Assembly: GCA_963666315.2 (NCBI GenBank)
Contig: CAXXHG010000039.1
Coordinates: forward strand, 96,001 to 160,000
Origin: Candidatus Binatia bacterium
Lineage (GTDB): Bacteria; Desulfobacterota; Binatia; Bin18
Length of the DNA stretch: 64,000 nucleotides
Direction: 5' to 3'
Part shown: positions 21,922-32,391 of the stretch, piece by piece
How positions within the stretch are numbered: position 1 is the first letter of the stretch
How the letters are laid out: each line of letters begins with the position of its first letter
Notes under the pieces: model-generated
Told to the model about the DNA's origin: nothing
Database searches by the model: none
The model's input: the letters and a program-made list of their open reading frames with translations, nothing else
Translations under genes and position numbers: made by a program

Positions 21922-22799
21922 ATACACGAAAAAAAATTGGACGTCTGCCTACCTCCAAGAAAATGCGGCCCCCTTTGCGCAAAGGGGTCTATCTGCTACC
22001 CAATCTGTTTACGACCGGTGGGCTGTTGTGTGGCTTCTACGCGATCATTGCGACGATCAAGGGCGACTTCCGGGTTGCTGCGACCGCAGTGCTGATCGCC
22101 CTCATCTTTGACGCGCTGGATGGACGTATTGCCCGCATGACGAAGACCTCAAGCCAGTTTGGCGCGGAATATGATTCCCTGTCTGACTTAGTGGCTTTTG
22201 GCGTCGCCCCCGGCGTATTGGCGTACCGCTGGGCTTTAGAGCCGTGGGGAGCGTGGGGCTGGCTGGCTGCCGCTCTCTACGTTGTGTGTGGCGCACTCCG
22301 ACTCGCTCGCTTCAATGTCCAGACTGCAGTGGTGGAGAAAGACAGCTTTGTCGGACTGCCGATACCTGCGGCTGCCGCAGGTATCGCCACAACGATTTGG
22401 CTCTACTACTTCCTCGGAGGCGAAGGAACGACAAGTAAACACCTGACCTTACTCCTCCTGGTGTCTGTGCTGGCCGGCTTGATGATCAGCACGATCCGCT
22501 ACGCGAGCTTCAAAGACCTCAACCTGCGCGACCGCCAGCCGTTTGGGCTCCTTGTTGTGGGCATTATTCTTCTGCTGTTCACGATCGCGGAGCCGCAGAT
22601 TATGCTGTTTAGTCTCGCGACTGTGTATGTCTTGTCAGGCCCGCTGGGGATGATTCCGCATTGGTGGAAGAAGCGCGCTCAACCTGAACAAGAGACTAGT
22701 ATCGCTGTTGTCCATCCCGAACGCGTACGGGAAGAGTCGCCACACCGGTCGCTTGCGCATGCCCATTCACTTGACAAAGAGAAAAAGGGTTCGGTATAA
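21918..22799 (+). CDS. pssA: CDP-diacylglycerol--serine O-phosphatidyltransferase
   Basis: PNLFT, DALDGRIAR..S.FGAEYDSLSD and RLARFN. Confidence 0.95.
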   Translation: MNTRKKIGRLPTSKKMRPPLRKGVYLLPNLFTTGGLLCGFYAIIATIKGDFRVAATAVLIALIFDALDGRIARMTKTSSQFGAEYDSLSDLVAFGVAPGVLAYRWALEPWGAWGWLAAALYVVCGALRLARFNVQTAVVEKDSFVGLPIPAAAAGIATTIWLYYFLGGEGTTSKHLTLLLLVSVLAGLMISTIRYASFKDLNLRDRQPFGLLVVGIILLLFTIAEPQIMLFSLATVYVLSGPLGMIPHWWKKRAQPEQETSIAVVHPERVREESPHRSLAHAHSLDKEKKGSV

Positions 22800-22800
22800 C
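22771..22800 (+). promoter_or_regulatory. Sigma70-like promoter for the leu leader
   Basis: TTGACA (22771), 18-bp spacer, TATAAC (22795). Confidence 0.65.
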
Positions 22801-22810
22801 AGAAAACAGC

Positions 22811-22909
22811 ATGGGTAGAGCAATAACAAAAATTGAAATTTTAGCCACAGGTCTCCTGCTTGACCTGCTACTTATCATCCCGCCTGAGGGATCCGAGGGA
22901 GGCGTGTAG
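22811..22909 (+). CDS. Leu-rich leader peptide of the leuA attenuator
   Basis: MGRAITKIEILATGLLLDLLLIIPPEGSEGGV*, with six Leu codons in a seven-codon window, followed by terminator hairpins. Confidence 0.75.
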   Translation: MGRAITKIEILATGLLLDLLLIIPPEGSEGGV

Positions 22910-22926
22910 GCGCACCAGACTCTCGG

Positions 22927-23000
22927 AGGCCACGGGCGGGACAACCGATTCGTGGCTTTTCTTTACAGGGCTGCGGGTCTACTCGCAGCCCTTTTTATTT
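22927..23000 (+). terminator. Two tandem terminator hairpins in the leuA leader
   Basis: AGGCCACGGG...TTCGTGGCTTTTCTTT (22927-22964) and AGGGCTGCGGGTCTACTCGCAGCCCTTTTTATTT (22967-23000). Confidence 0.75.
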
Positions 23001-23026
23001 ATATGGATCAAACCGAGGAGGAAGAT

Positions 23027-24580
23027 ATGGAACGCGACGTTGTCAAGATTTTCGATACCACATTGCGTGACGGCGAGCAGTCGCCTGGCGCCACCATGAA
23101 TATTGAAGAAAAAGTCATGATAGCCGGCCAGCTCGAGAAGCTCAATGTGGATGTCATTGAGGCCGGCTTTGCTGCATCTTCGGAGGGCGATTTTGAATCC
23201 ATTCGGCGTGTGGCCGAGCTTGTTTCCACGCCCATTGTCTTGAGTTTAGCACGCACCAAGGAAGATGACATTCGCCGCTCCATTCAGGCAGTGGAAACGG
23301 CGCAGCATCCGGGCGTGCATATTTTTATTGCAACTTCGGATATTCACCTCAAACACAAGCTCATGATGAGTCGTCAGGAGTGCCTTGACGCAGCCGTGTG
23401 GGCGGTCGAGTATGCCAAAAAGCACCTTGACTATATCGAGTTTTCGGCTGAAGATGCCTCCCGGACGGATCGTGACTTTCTTGTCCGGATTTTCGATGAA
23501 GTCATTAAGGCAGGCGCGGTGACCCTGAATGTTCCAGATACCACCGGCTATGCCATTCCGCATCAGTTCGGTGCCCTGTTTCAGTATTTACAAGAAAATG
23601 TTGCCGGCGGAAAAGACGTGACCTGGAGTGCCCACTGTCACAATGATCTCGGCTTGGCCGTGGCAAACTCCCTCGCTGCCATTGAAAACGGTGCGCGCCA
23701 GGTTGAGTGCACGATCAACGGCATAGGCGAACGCGCTGGTAATACGTCCATGGAAGAAGTCGTGATGGCGCTCAGGACGCGGGAAGACGTTTTCTCCAAT
23801 GTCAAAACCAATGTGGTCACTGAACAGATTTACCCCTCCAGCCAGCTCTTGTCTCAAATCACCGGTATCAGTGTTCCGATCAATAAGCCGGTTGTTGGCG
23901 ATAACGCCTTTGCCCATGAGGCGGGTATTCACCAAGATGGGGTACTCAAGTACAAGCTGACCTATGAGATTATGCAGCCGCAGACGATTGGACTGAACAG
24001 CAACAGGCTGGTGCTGGGCAAGCACTCCGGACGCCATGCGTTTATCGAGCGGCTGAAGTTCCTGGGTATTGATTACAGCGGCACGGATATGAATAAGGCG
24101 TTTGTGCGCTTTAAAGCTTTGGCTGACAAGAAAAAGAGCGTGTATGACGAGGATTTGATTGCGATTGTGATGGAAGAGACGGCGCGCGTTCCGGATAAAT
24201 ATGAACTCGTGTATCTGAATGTCACGTCGTCAAGTATGGCAGTTCCGCATGCCACCGTGAAGATGAAAGTCAATGGGGAAGAGCAACTTGAGGACGCCTC
24301 TGGCGACGGCATGGTCGATGCCTGCTACAAAGCCATTTCTAAAATCGCTGCAATGGACTTGCAGCTCGAACGCTATTCGGTCCAATCCATCACGGGTGGG
24401 ACGGATGCCCAAGGAGAAGTGTCGTGTCTCTTGCGCCAAAATGGGACCTCGGTCAACGGACAAGGGTCGCACACCGACATCATCATGGCCAGCGCTTTAG
24501 CGTTTACCAATGCGCTCAATAAACTGGCATATCTGGCGCGTTATGGCGATCGGTCTGGCGCCCACCGAGAGGGGCCATAA
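23027..24580 (+). CDS. leuA: 2-isopropylmalate synthase
   Basis: FDTTLRDGEQ, HCHNDLG, GERAGN, AHEAGIHQDG and LGKHSGR, with a GAGGAGG RBS before ATG 23027. Confidence 0.97.
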   Translation: MERDVVKIFDTTLRDGEQSPGATMNIEEKVMIAGQLEKLNVDVIEAGFAASSEGDFESIRRVAELVSTPIVLSLARTKEDDIRRSIQAVETAQHPGVHIFIATSDIHLKHKLMMSRQECLDAAVWAVEYAKKHLDYIEFSAEDASRTDRDFLVRIFDEVIKAGAVTLNVPDTTGYAIPHQFGALFQYLQENVAGGKDVTWSAHCHNDLGLAVANSLAAIENGARQVECTINGIGERAGNTSMEEVVMALRTREDVFSNVKTNVVTEQIYPSSQLLSQITGISVPINKPVVGDNAFAHEAGIHQDGVLKYKLTYEIMQPQTIGLNSNRLVLGKHSGRHAFIERLKFLGIDYSGTDMNKAFVRFKALADKKKSVYDEDLIAIVMEETARVPDKYELVYLNVTSSSMAVPHATVKMKVNGEEQLEDASGDGMVDACYKAISKIAAMDLQLERYSVQSITGGTDAQGEVSCLLRQNGTSVNGQGSHTDIIMASALAFTNALNKLAYLARYGDRSGAHREGP

Positions 24581-24677
24581 GCAGGGATCACCCCTGTTTG
24601 CAGGGATTCCCCCTATTTGATTGTGCCTAGCGTTTGTGATGGACTTGCCGGGCGGAGCAGCAGGCAAGGAGAATAAA

Positions 24678-25757
24678 ATGGCACATAAAGTTGCAGTGTT
24701 TGCAGGTGACGGAATTGGCCCTGAGGTCATGGGCGAGGCGACTGAGGTCCTCAAGATCGTCGGGCCGCGATTTGGAATAGATTTTACGTTCGAGCCGGCT
24801 TTGGCCGGCGGCTGCTCGATTGACGCACACGGAGTGGCGCTGACGGATTCCGCGCTCCGGGTGGCCAAAGAGAGCGATGCGGTATTGCTTGGTGCGGTTG
24901 GCGGGCCCAAGTGGGATGACCCGAAATCCATGGTTCGTCCGGAACAAGCCATCCTGGGTCTGCGCAAGGAGCTGGGGCTGTTCGCAAACCTGCGGCCGAT
25001 TCAGGTCAATCCACATTTGGTGCACGCTTCGACCTTGAAGCCCGAAGTCTTGGCGGGTGTTGACCTGATGGTGGTACGCGAGCTGACCGGCGGGGTGTAT
25101 TATGGCCGGCCGAGCGAGCGGCGTATCGGCCCGTCCGGACGGGAAGCCGTTGATACTATTTTCTACACCGAAGGAGAGGTGGAACGTCTGATGCGGGTGT
25201 CTTTCGAGTTGGCTCGCAAGCGACGCAAAAAACTCACCTCGGTTGACAAGGCAAACATCATGGCGTCGTCGCGGATGTGGCGCGAAGTCGCCAATGAAGT
25301 TGCGCAGGACTACCCCGATGTCGGATATGAGGATGTCCTGGTTGATGCCATGGCGATGCATCTGATTCGACGGCCGAGCGATTTTGACGTCATCGCCGCG
25401 GAGAATATGTTCGGCGACATTCTGACTGATGAAGCGTCTATGCTCGTCGGGTCCATGGGCCTGCTGCCCTCCGCTTCACTCGGAGAGGGGCTGCGTGGCT
25501 TATACGAACCCATTCATGGTACGGCTCCGGACATCGCCGGCCAAGATAAAGCCAACCCGATTGCCATGATCCTTTCGACTGTACTCATGTTGCGCCTCTC
25601 GTTTGGACAGGACGACGCAGCGCAAGCGATTGAAGACGCCGTCGAGCAGGTCTTAGCCGGCGGCTACCGAACGCCAGATATCGCCCAGCCGGAATGCCAC
25701 CTGGTCGGCTGCAAGGAGATGGGTCGTCTCGTCCGAGAGAAGCTGGGGGAGCAGTGA
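24678..25757 (+). CDS. leuB: 3-isopropylmalate dehydrogenase
   Basis: [29 protein letters not shown] and [12 protein letters not shown]. Confidence 0.97.
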   Translation: MAHKVAVFAGDGIGPEVMGEATEVLKIVGPRFGIDFTFEPALAGGCSIDAHGVALTDSALRVAKESDAVLLGAVGGPKWDDPKSMVRPEQAILGLRKELGLFANLRPIQVNPHLVHASTLKPEVLAGVDLMVVRELTGGVYYGRPSERRIGPSGREAVDTIFYTEGEVERLMRVSFELARKRRKKLTSVDKANIMASSRMWREVANEVAQDYPDVGYEDVLVDAMAMHLIRRPSDFDVIAAENMFGDILTDEASMLVGSMGLLPSASLGEGLRGLYEPIHGTAPDIAGQDKANPIAMILSTVLMLRLSFGQDDAAQAIEDAVEQVLAGGYRTPDIAQPECHLVGCKEMGRLVREKLGEQ

Positions 25758-25835
25758 GTAGTTGGCTCGCGAGCTTCTCCCCTCTTGGGGCTGACAGGGT
25801 AGGTAAAAGGGCGAAGGAGATTGGCATGCCCCCCG

Positions 25836-25934
25836 GTAGCCTGGATGGAACGGAGTGGAATCCGGGGAATGCGCGCGCGTTCCCTCGCGGTCGGTAGAGT
25901 AGTCCTGGACTCCGTTGCGTTACGTCCAGGCTAC
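25836..25934. repeat. GTAG-type REP inverted pair (REPIN-like)
   Basis: GTAGCCTGGATGGAACGGAG... pairs with ...CTCCGTTGCGTTACGTCCAGGCTAC. Confidence 0.75.
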
Positions 25935-25947
25935 ACAATCCTCTAGA

Positions 25948-26072
25948 GGGTGTTTGGAAACTCGCTGGACACGTCATTGCGAGCATAGCGAAGCAATCTG
26001 AGCGGGACAAGAGATTGCTCCGTCGGCTCCAGCTCCTCGCAATGACACGTTTTCCCCCATTGCCAAACACCC
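25948..26072. repeat. Nested palindromic element (GTCATTGCGAG...CTCGCAATGAC inside GGGTGTTTGG...CCAAACACCC)
   Basis: Two nested perfect IR pairs plus an inner AGCAATCT/AGATTGCT stem. Confidence 0.75.
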
Positions 26073-26114
26073 ACTCGCTGCGAGGTAGCTCTGTTCTTGG
26101 ATGACGGTCTTGCT

Positions 26115-29100
26115 TTACTGGATCTCCTCCAACAGCGCCTTCGCGTCCTTCAAGTCCGCCGTATCAAAGCCTTCGGTGAACCAGTTGTAGACGGGCGCGA
26201 GGAGTTCGTGGGCTTCCGTCGTCTTGCCTTGCTGCTGCCACAGCCGGGCCAGGCTGGTGGCGGCGCGCAGCTCCCAGTATTTGGACTGTTGGTGGTGGGC
26301 CACCTCAAGGGCTTGCTGATAACAGGCTTCCGCTTCTTTTTCTCCTGCCGCTACGTCCCGAGCTTGGAGCGTCAACTCACCTTGGATTCGGAACACTCCT
26401 GCCTCGCAGTACCGCTCTCCCGTGCTGGTGATTGCCGTCTGCGCTTTGGCCAGGAGTGTCAGCCCTTCCTCCACGTGTCCGTCGTCCCCGAGAAGTGCCG
26501 TTAGCAGACTCAGAAAAAGCGGTCGATTCGACACAGAGGCTGTCGCCCTAGACGCATCAAGGGCCGCCCGGAATTGAGCAATCCCCTCAGTTCGGTGACC
26601 TTGGGTTGCTAGCGTCCATCCGTGCAGCATGCGACCGTACGCCAAGTGGGCCGCATAACCCTGGGCGGTCGCGAGCGTGATCAACCGCTCAGCCAACTCT
26701 TGTGCAGCCCGCACTGCCCGGCCGCGACACAGGTTCCAACCGGCCACGGCCAGGCCGTATGCCAGACTATTCGGGTGCGCCACTTCTTCGGCGAGGGCCA
26801 GTGCCGCCTGGCTCATCTGGCGAGCCTGGTCTGGATACCCAAGAAAGACGAGGGTACAAGCCAGTACCGCTTTTCCCATGACGCCGGGGTCCATCCCGTA
26901 CACAAAGGCTAAGGCGTGGTGTTGCGCGGGGTCGTAGAGGGTCAAGAGCTGCTCGAAATGCTCTCGACCTTGTGAAAATTCCCCCTCTTGATAGTAGGCT
27001 TGCCCCATCGCATAGTGAGCTTCGATGAGCAGGGCGTCATCTTGCACACGCTCGGCCAGCGTGAGCAGCTGCTCTGCGAGGGTATGCGCGGTCTGCCACT
27101 CGGCGCGGACACTGTAGAACGCACACATTCCCCACAAGACGGGGAAAATTTGTTGGGTTTCTCCTGCCTGGCAACACAACTCGCGTGCCCGGGTGTACAC
27201 CACGCCCACCTCTGGAGCCGCAAACCCTTTGAGGGCAATCAGTGGACCGCCCAACGTGGTTTGAAGCGGCAGTTCGAGCTGAGCGCGCTCGGGCGTATCC
27301 GGCAGGGTCTGGACCAACTCGATTCCCTTGGTCAGATACGTAATCGCCTCTACGTTCGCGGTCCGTTGGTTGGCCCGCTGCCAATAGGGAATCGCGCGTT
27401 CAGCAAGCCCTGCCTGCGTGTAGTGATGGGCCAGCAGTTCGGGGCGCGTTCCCACGGTCTCGGCATACTGCTCCTCCAATACCTTCGCCGTCTGGGCATG
27501 CAGTTGGTGGCGACGGCTCTTGAGCAGCGCCTCGTACGCGACATCTTAGAGTAAGGCGTGCTTAAAGGTATACGTCGCCTCCGGGGGGACACCGCGCGCA
27601 AACAGAATCTCAGCGCTCCCTAATTGGCTCAGTCCATCTCGCAATAACGAGTCATCCATTTGCGACACAGCCTGGATGAGGTCATACGTAAATTCGCGGC
27701 CTAACACCGCGCCTATTTGGGCGAGTTCTCGAACGGGCGCGAGGCGATCAAGGCGGGCGGCAAACGAGTCTCGTAACGACGACGGGATGGCCATTTCCGG
27801 CAGCGGGCGGGTTAACGCATACTGCCGGTCCGTCTCGATTAGCAGACCGGATTCCAGCAGATTCTTGGTCATCTCCTCGATGTATAGCGGCACCCTGTCC
27901 GACTTGGCCAGCAGTTGTTGTACCACCTCCTCGGGCAGCGCTTTACCCGCCACCCGCTCGACCATGGCAGCGATCTCTTGCTGTGGTAGACGGTTGAGGT
28001 ACATCTGCAACGTATGCGCTTGCGCCGGCCACGGCGGCGTGAATTCGGGCCGAAACGTGAGCAGTAGGAGCATCCGTGAGGCAGGCGCTTGGTCTATGAG
28101 CAGGCCCAGCAGTTCTAAGGTCGAGGGGTCTGCCCAATGCAAGTCTTCGAACTCGATCCGCACCGGCTGGTGTTCTGAGGCATGCTGCAACCAGGTCACC
28201 AACGCCTGGAGCGTTCTCTCTTTCTGTTTTTGCGGACTGTATTGTAAGGGCGGATGGTCGTCAGAGAGCGGGATCGACAGGAGACTGGCAAACAAGGCCA
28301 CGGTCTCGTCGTCATTCATTCCCACAGGTTCTAACCACTGGCTGAGCTTGGCGAATTTTGCGGCCGCAGTATCGTCCTTGGTGAAGGCTAGGACCTGCTG
28401 CAGCCGGTCGGTGATCGGATACAGTGCACTGTTTTGATAAAACGGCGAGCATTGGCACAGGATGCTCAGTTGCGGCTCGGCCTGGATGTTGTCCCGCAGC
28501 ACTTGCATTAGGCGGGATTTGCCGATGCCGGCTTCACCGCTGAGCAACACCACCTGGCCGTCGCCCGCTTTGGTTCGCTCCCAGCGGCGCAGTAGTGGTT
28601 CCATTTCTTCTTCACGACCAATGAGCGGCGTCAGCCCCTGTTGCACGGACACGTCAAAGCGGCTGTGCGCCTCCCCTTCCCCCGTGACCTGATAGAGCGT
28701 GAGGACAGATGAAAGTCCTTTCAGCTCCTGGGGACCGAGGTCGTGGCAGACAAAGAATCCTTGTACGAGGCGGTAAGTATCGGCACTGATGGCTATCGTG
28801 TGCGGGGCAGCTTTCCCTTGTGCCAGCGCGGCAATATTCGGCTTCTCGCCTAAGGCCAGCTGTTCGGTATGCTCGCCACCCCCGACCGTGCCGATGACGA
28901 CCGGGCCGGTATGCAGACCAATGCGGGCTTGGATGGGCTGAGAGAGCGGCAGCGTTGATAAAACATCGAGAATCTCTAGGCCACTGCGAACCGCACGAAT
29001 GGCATCGTCTTCATGCGCCGCCGGGTAGCCGAAGTACACCAAAATGCCGTCGCCGAGATATTGGGCGATATGGCCTTCGTAGCGCTCAATCACCTGCCGA

Positions 29101-29477
29101 CACGCATCCTGGTAGGCGCGCACGATGGCGTGCAGGTCTTCGGGGTCGAGTTGTTCCGAGAGTGCAGTAGAACCGACCAGGTCACAGAACATCACCGTCA
29201 GTTGGCGGCGTTCGCCTGTGGGCACCTCCTGTTCCGGTTGGGGCGACGGGGCTGCGGGAGGATCCTCCGCGCTCTGAGGGGAGGTCTCCGCTCCGGTCCA
29301 GACTAAGACTTTGCTTTCCTCATCGACTGCGACCCGTCGCCCTTCGATCAATTCAAACTTGAGGTCGTCCAGCGCCTCATCATCAAGGGCAAACTGCCGC
29401 TTGAGCGTCCGGTAGGGGAGCCGGCCACGACGCTGAAGCATATGGATGGCCTGTTCCAAGACTTCGTCGAACGTCAT
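26115..29477 (-). pseudogene. Class III nucleotide cyclase - AAA ATPase - TPR protein, interrupted by in-frame TAA at 27548-27546
   Basis: ERRQLTVMFCDLVGST, GEAGIGKS, FKHALL*DVAYEALL and a C-terminal WFTEGFDTADL. The two ORFs share one frame. Confidence 0.9.
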
Positions 29478-29763
29478 CGCCTCGCCCCTCGACCTCATTA
29501 CTCCTTCGACTGACTCGATTCAAGGCGAACCGTCGGTCAGGCGGCCAATCGCTGCCGGGGATTCTCAGGCCGTCCTACGCCAACCATATACTGCCCGCCG
29601 GCATAGACCGCAGGCTGTCACTCTGTCCCCTTGAGTTTCAGAAAGGGAGACTCTGCCACTCGCGGTAATTTCCAGCAGTGAGTGACTGGCCAGTAGCTGC
29701 CTAGGACGTTGCCTTCATGTGCAACTCCTTCTCCCGCCGCATAATTCTTGCGCCTGGTTGTTG

Positions 29764-29812
29764 GCAGGGGCACGGCGTGCCATGTCCAGGGCGACCGGCC
29801 GGTCGCCCCTAC
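29764..29812. repeat. GTAG-type REP palindromes (related copies at 1461-1481 and 32342-32365)
   Basis: GGGCGACCGGCCGGTCGCCCCTAC and GGGGCACGGCGTGCC. Confidence 0.65.
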
Positions 29813-29815
29813 ACG

Positions 29816-30675
29816 CTAACGTGTTTCGCCGGCCTGCAGGAGCGCGATGATCGCTTCTTTCTGACTCCGCTTGTGAAAGTCTGCAAGCATACTCTTTTCT
29901 AATGTCCCAGGCGTCGCATCCGGGGCAGTGAGCAAGAGGGTCGCCGTAGCCGGCTGATCATTCCACACGGCTTCGGTTAGTGCCGTCCAACCGTATGCAT
30001 CTTGTGTGGCCGTTCTTGCCCCATGGGTGAGCAGCAACTGCACGATGTCCGTATGGCCGCGGCTTGCCGCCCGGAGCAGGAGGTGCGCCCCTGACTGGTT
30101 CACGACATCAACCTCAGCCCCGTAGTCGAGGAAGAGGCTGACGAGCGCGGTATGACCTCTGGTGGTTGCTGCCATGAGCGCGGTCATACCTGACGGCGAT
30201 GGGACGTTGACCCGAGCCCCGTAGTCTACAAGAGTTGAGCCGATTGGGTCTGGCCGTTCCAGGCGGCCAGCATGAGCGGAGACCAGCCGTTTCGGTCATA
30301 GATGTTGATACCAACGCCTAAATCCAGCAAAAGCTGGACGAGGTCACTATGGCCATACAACGCTGCATACATAAGCGCGGTGCTTTGCTCTCCATCGCGT
30401 ATGTGCGGGGAAATATCAAGTGTCAGCAGGCTCTTGGTCAGAAAGAGTGAACCTGTTTTCGCGCTGTCAAGAAAGATTTCATACGCCCAATGCTCCAGAT
30501 CTTGGCGCGAGGCAGCCGCCCAGTGTTGAACAGTCCGGCGGGATTCGAGTATCCAGTCCTGGAGATGCTGGAGAATGGTCGGAGAGTCGTTGGCTGAAGA
30601 CGTGCGGCTGCCCTGGCAGCCTAAACATATGAGGTAGAATAGCGCCAGCCCAACAGCAGTCTGGAGTGACCTCAT
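29816..30675 (-). pseudogene. Ankyrin-repeat (lipo)protein, 1-nt frameshift near 30229
   Basis: Lipobox-like LICLGC, and TALMYAALYGH, SPLMLAAWNG and TALMAATTRGH repeats. The downstream frame reads LVDYGARVNVPSPSGMTALM. Confidence 0.8.
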
Positions 30676-30757
30676 CCCGCTTTTCTCGCCGTTTTTCTCG
30701 CCGATATCGGAAAGAGCAATAAATAGTGTCTCATGGCTTTTGGGAGGGTCCGCCGTG

Positions 30758-31354
30758 TCATGCGTTATCCGTGCTTGCCATGTTTGGCTTGCCACGCTTG
30801 AGCAAGTCGTACCAGTAGAATGCTACGACAACGAGCGCGTGGGTAATGCGCCCCTGGCGGACGATCTCGGGCAGTTCGCTGACTGGTACCAGGGTGACTT
30901 CTGTTTCCTCTGTCGTATCGAAGTGTGGTTCACAGATTCTTTCGACGTTGCGCGCCAGAAAGCTATGGCAGCGGTTAGCCTGAATAGCCGGGTTCGGGTG
31001 TATGGCCCCGAGGGGGATGATGTCGTCCGAGTCATAGCCCGTCTCTTCTTGCATTTCCCGGCGTGCGGCATGCAGCGGAGAGGCGTCCTCTTGATCGACC
31101 ATGCCACCTGGAATTTCGAGCGTGATATCGTTCGTCCCGTGACGGTATTGATGGATCAGTACCACCTCTTCATTCGGTGTCACTGGGATAATGTTCACCC
31201 ACTCGGTGCTGTCGAGAACAAAGAAGTCATGCGTTTTTCCGGTCCGTGGAGAACGCGAACGGTTTTTTTGTAAAGAGAAAATTCTACACGAGTATACTGT
31301 TTCCGAGTCAAGGCGTTGCCAAGGCTGGATCTTGCTCTGTGGCTGATCAGACAT
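30758..31354 (-). CDS. NUDIX hydrolase (ADP-ribose pyrophosphatase-like)
   Basis: QYRHG and the Nudix box EIPGGMVD..AARREMQEETGY. Confidence 0.92.
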   Translation of the reverse strand: MSDQPQSKIQPWQRLDSETVYSCRIFSLQKNRSRSPRTGKTHDFFVLDSTEWVNIIPVTPNEEVVLIHQYRHGTNDITLEIPGGMVDQEDASPLHAARREMQEETGYDSDDIIPLGAIHPNPAIQANRCHSFLARNVERICEPHFDTTEETEVTLVPVSELPEIVRQGRITHALVVVAFYWYDLLKRGKPNMASTDNA

Positions 31355-31787
31355 GGCAGCAGAATAGGGCTGAGAACAGTCGCCGGTACTCGATGGCCGG
31401 ACAGCGGTCCATGATGACAGTGAGGCCGGCTGCGTGCGCTTTTTTTGCTGCGGTTTCGTCAATGACTCCGAGCTGGAGCCAGAGGACAGAGGCGCCGATG
31501 GCAACGGCATCCTCAGCAATCTGATCCACGAACTCTGAACGCCGGAAAACGTCAACCATATCGACTATATCCGGGACCTGGTGAAGACTCGGAAAGCAGC
31601 GCTCGCCCAGCACTTCCCGGCAATGCGGGTTAACGGGAATAATGGTGTGGCCTTTAGCTTTGAGGAGAGCCGCGATCTGATGGCTGTCCCGACTTGGATC
31701 AGGTGAACAGCCGACGACGGCAATGCTGTGCGGTGTTGTCAGAATGTCCCGAATCGTTTCGTCAGGTGGGTTGGTAAAGAAGGTCAT
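31347..31787 (-). CDS. CoA-binding protein (YccU-like)
   Basis: IAVVGCS, IIPVNP, DMVDVFRRS, LWLQLGV and MDRC. Confidence 0.92.
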   Translation of the reverse strand: MTFFTNPPDETIRDILTTPHSIAVVGCSPDPSRDSHQIAALLKAKGHTIIPVNPHCREVLGERCFPSLHQVPDIVDMVDVFRRSEFVDQIAEDAVAIGASVLWLQLGVIDETAAKKAHAAGLTVIMDRCPAIEYRRLFSALFCCHV

Positions 31788-32275
31788 GTTGCCCGCTGTA
31801 TCAGATCCTCAAAGGAACGCTCAAGACAACGCTTAATCTCCACCATACGGGCACGAAAGGCTTCCTCGCCCTGCATAGCGGGATCGTCGATATCTCCGTG
31901 CTCGCCTGCAAACTCTTTGAGTGTGAACGCGGGCTTCCCGGTTGCTTCGGTGTAGGCTTCGAGCATGGACTTCTGCTCGCTTGTCATGGTGAGAATCAGA
32001 TCCGCGTTTGCGATGAAATCTCGATGGCGTTTGAGATCAGTCGAGACGAATTCATCGCGTTTGATATGGATATCATGCTCTTGCAGGATGAAATCAGCAT
32101 CGAGAGAAGCGATCATGCCGTCTCTGGCATAGATGGCAATGCCGCCCGAACGAACGGTAATATTCTGGATGCCACGGTCGGCCAACATCTTTTCCAATAA
32201 AGCGTGGGCCATCACACTGCGACTCGTATTGGCGTGGCAAACAATGAGAATAGTGTAGGCAGATTGTTGTGTCAC
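31784..32275 (-). CDS. Low-molecular-weight phosphatase (LMW-PTP fold)
   Basis: P-loop VCHANTSRS, ADLILTMT and DIDDP. Confidence 0.85.
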   Translation of the reverse strand: MTQQSAYTILIVCHANTSRSVMAHALLEKMLADRGIQNITVRSGGIAIYARDGMIASLDADFILQEHDIHIKRDEFVSTDLKRHRDFIANADLILTMTSEQKSMLEAYTEATGKPAFTLKEFAGEHGDIDDPAMQGEEAFRARMVEIKRCLERSFEDLIQRAT

Positions 32276-32391
32276 AAGAATGTCGGATTCCCCAAGTGTC
32301 TGAGTGAAGGTCTGAGCTTATACCGAGTAAAAAGAAAGAGGGTAGGGGCCGGACCCTGCCCTTACGTGCGAGCGCAATGTTGCGCTCTGGT

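Noticed and set aside
27546-27548. Stop-codon reassignment (TAA as Gln) suggested by TAA here and at 7516
   Set aside because: TAA, TAG and TGA all end intact core genes in this window, and the cyclase gene shows other decay.
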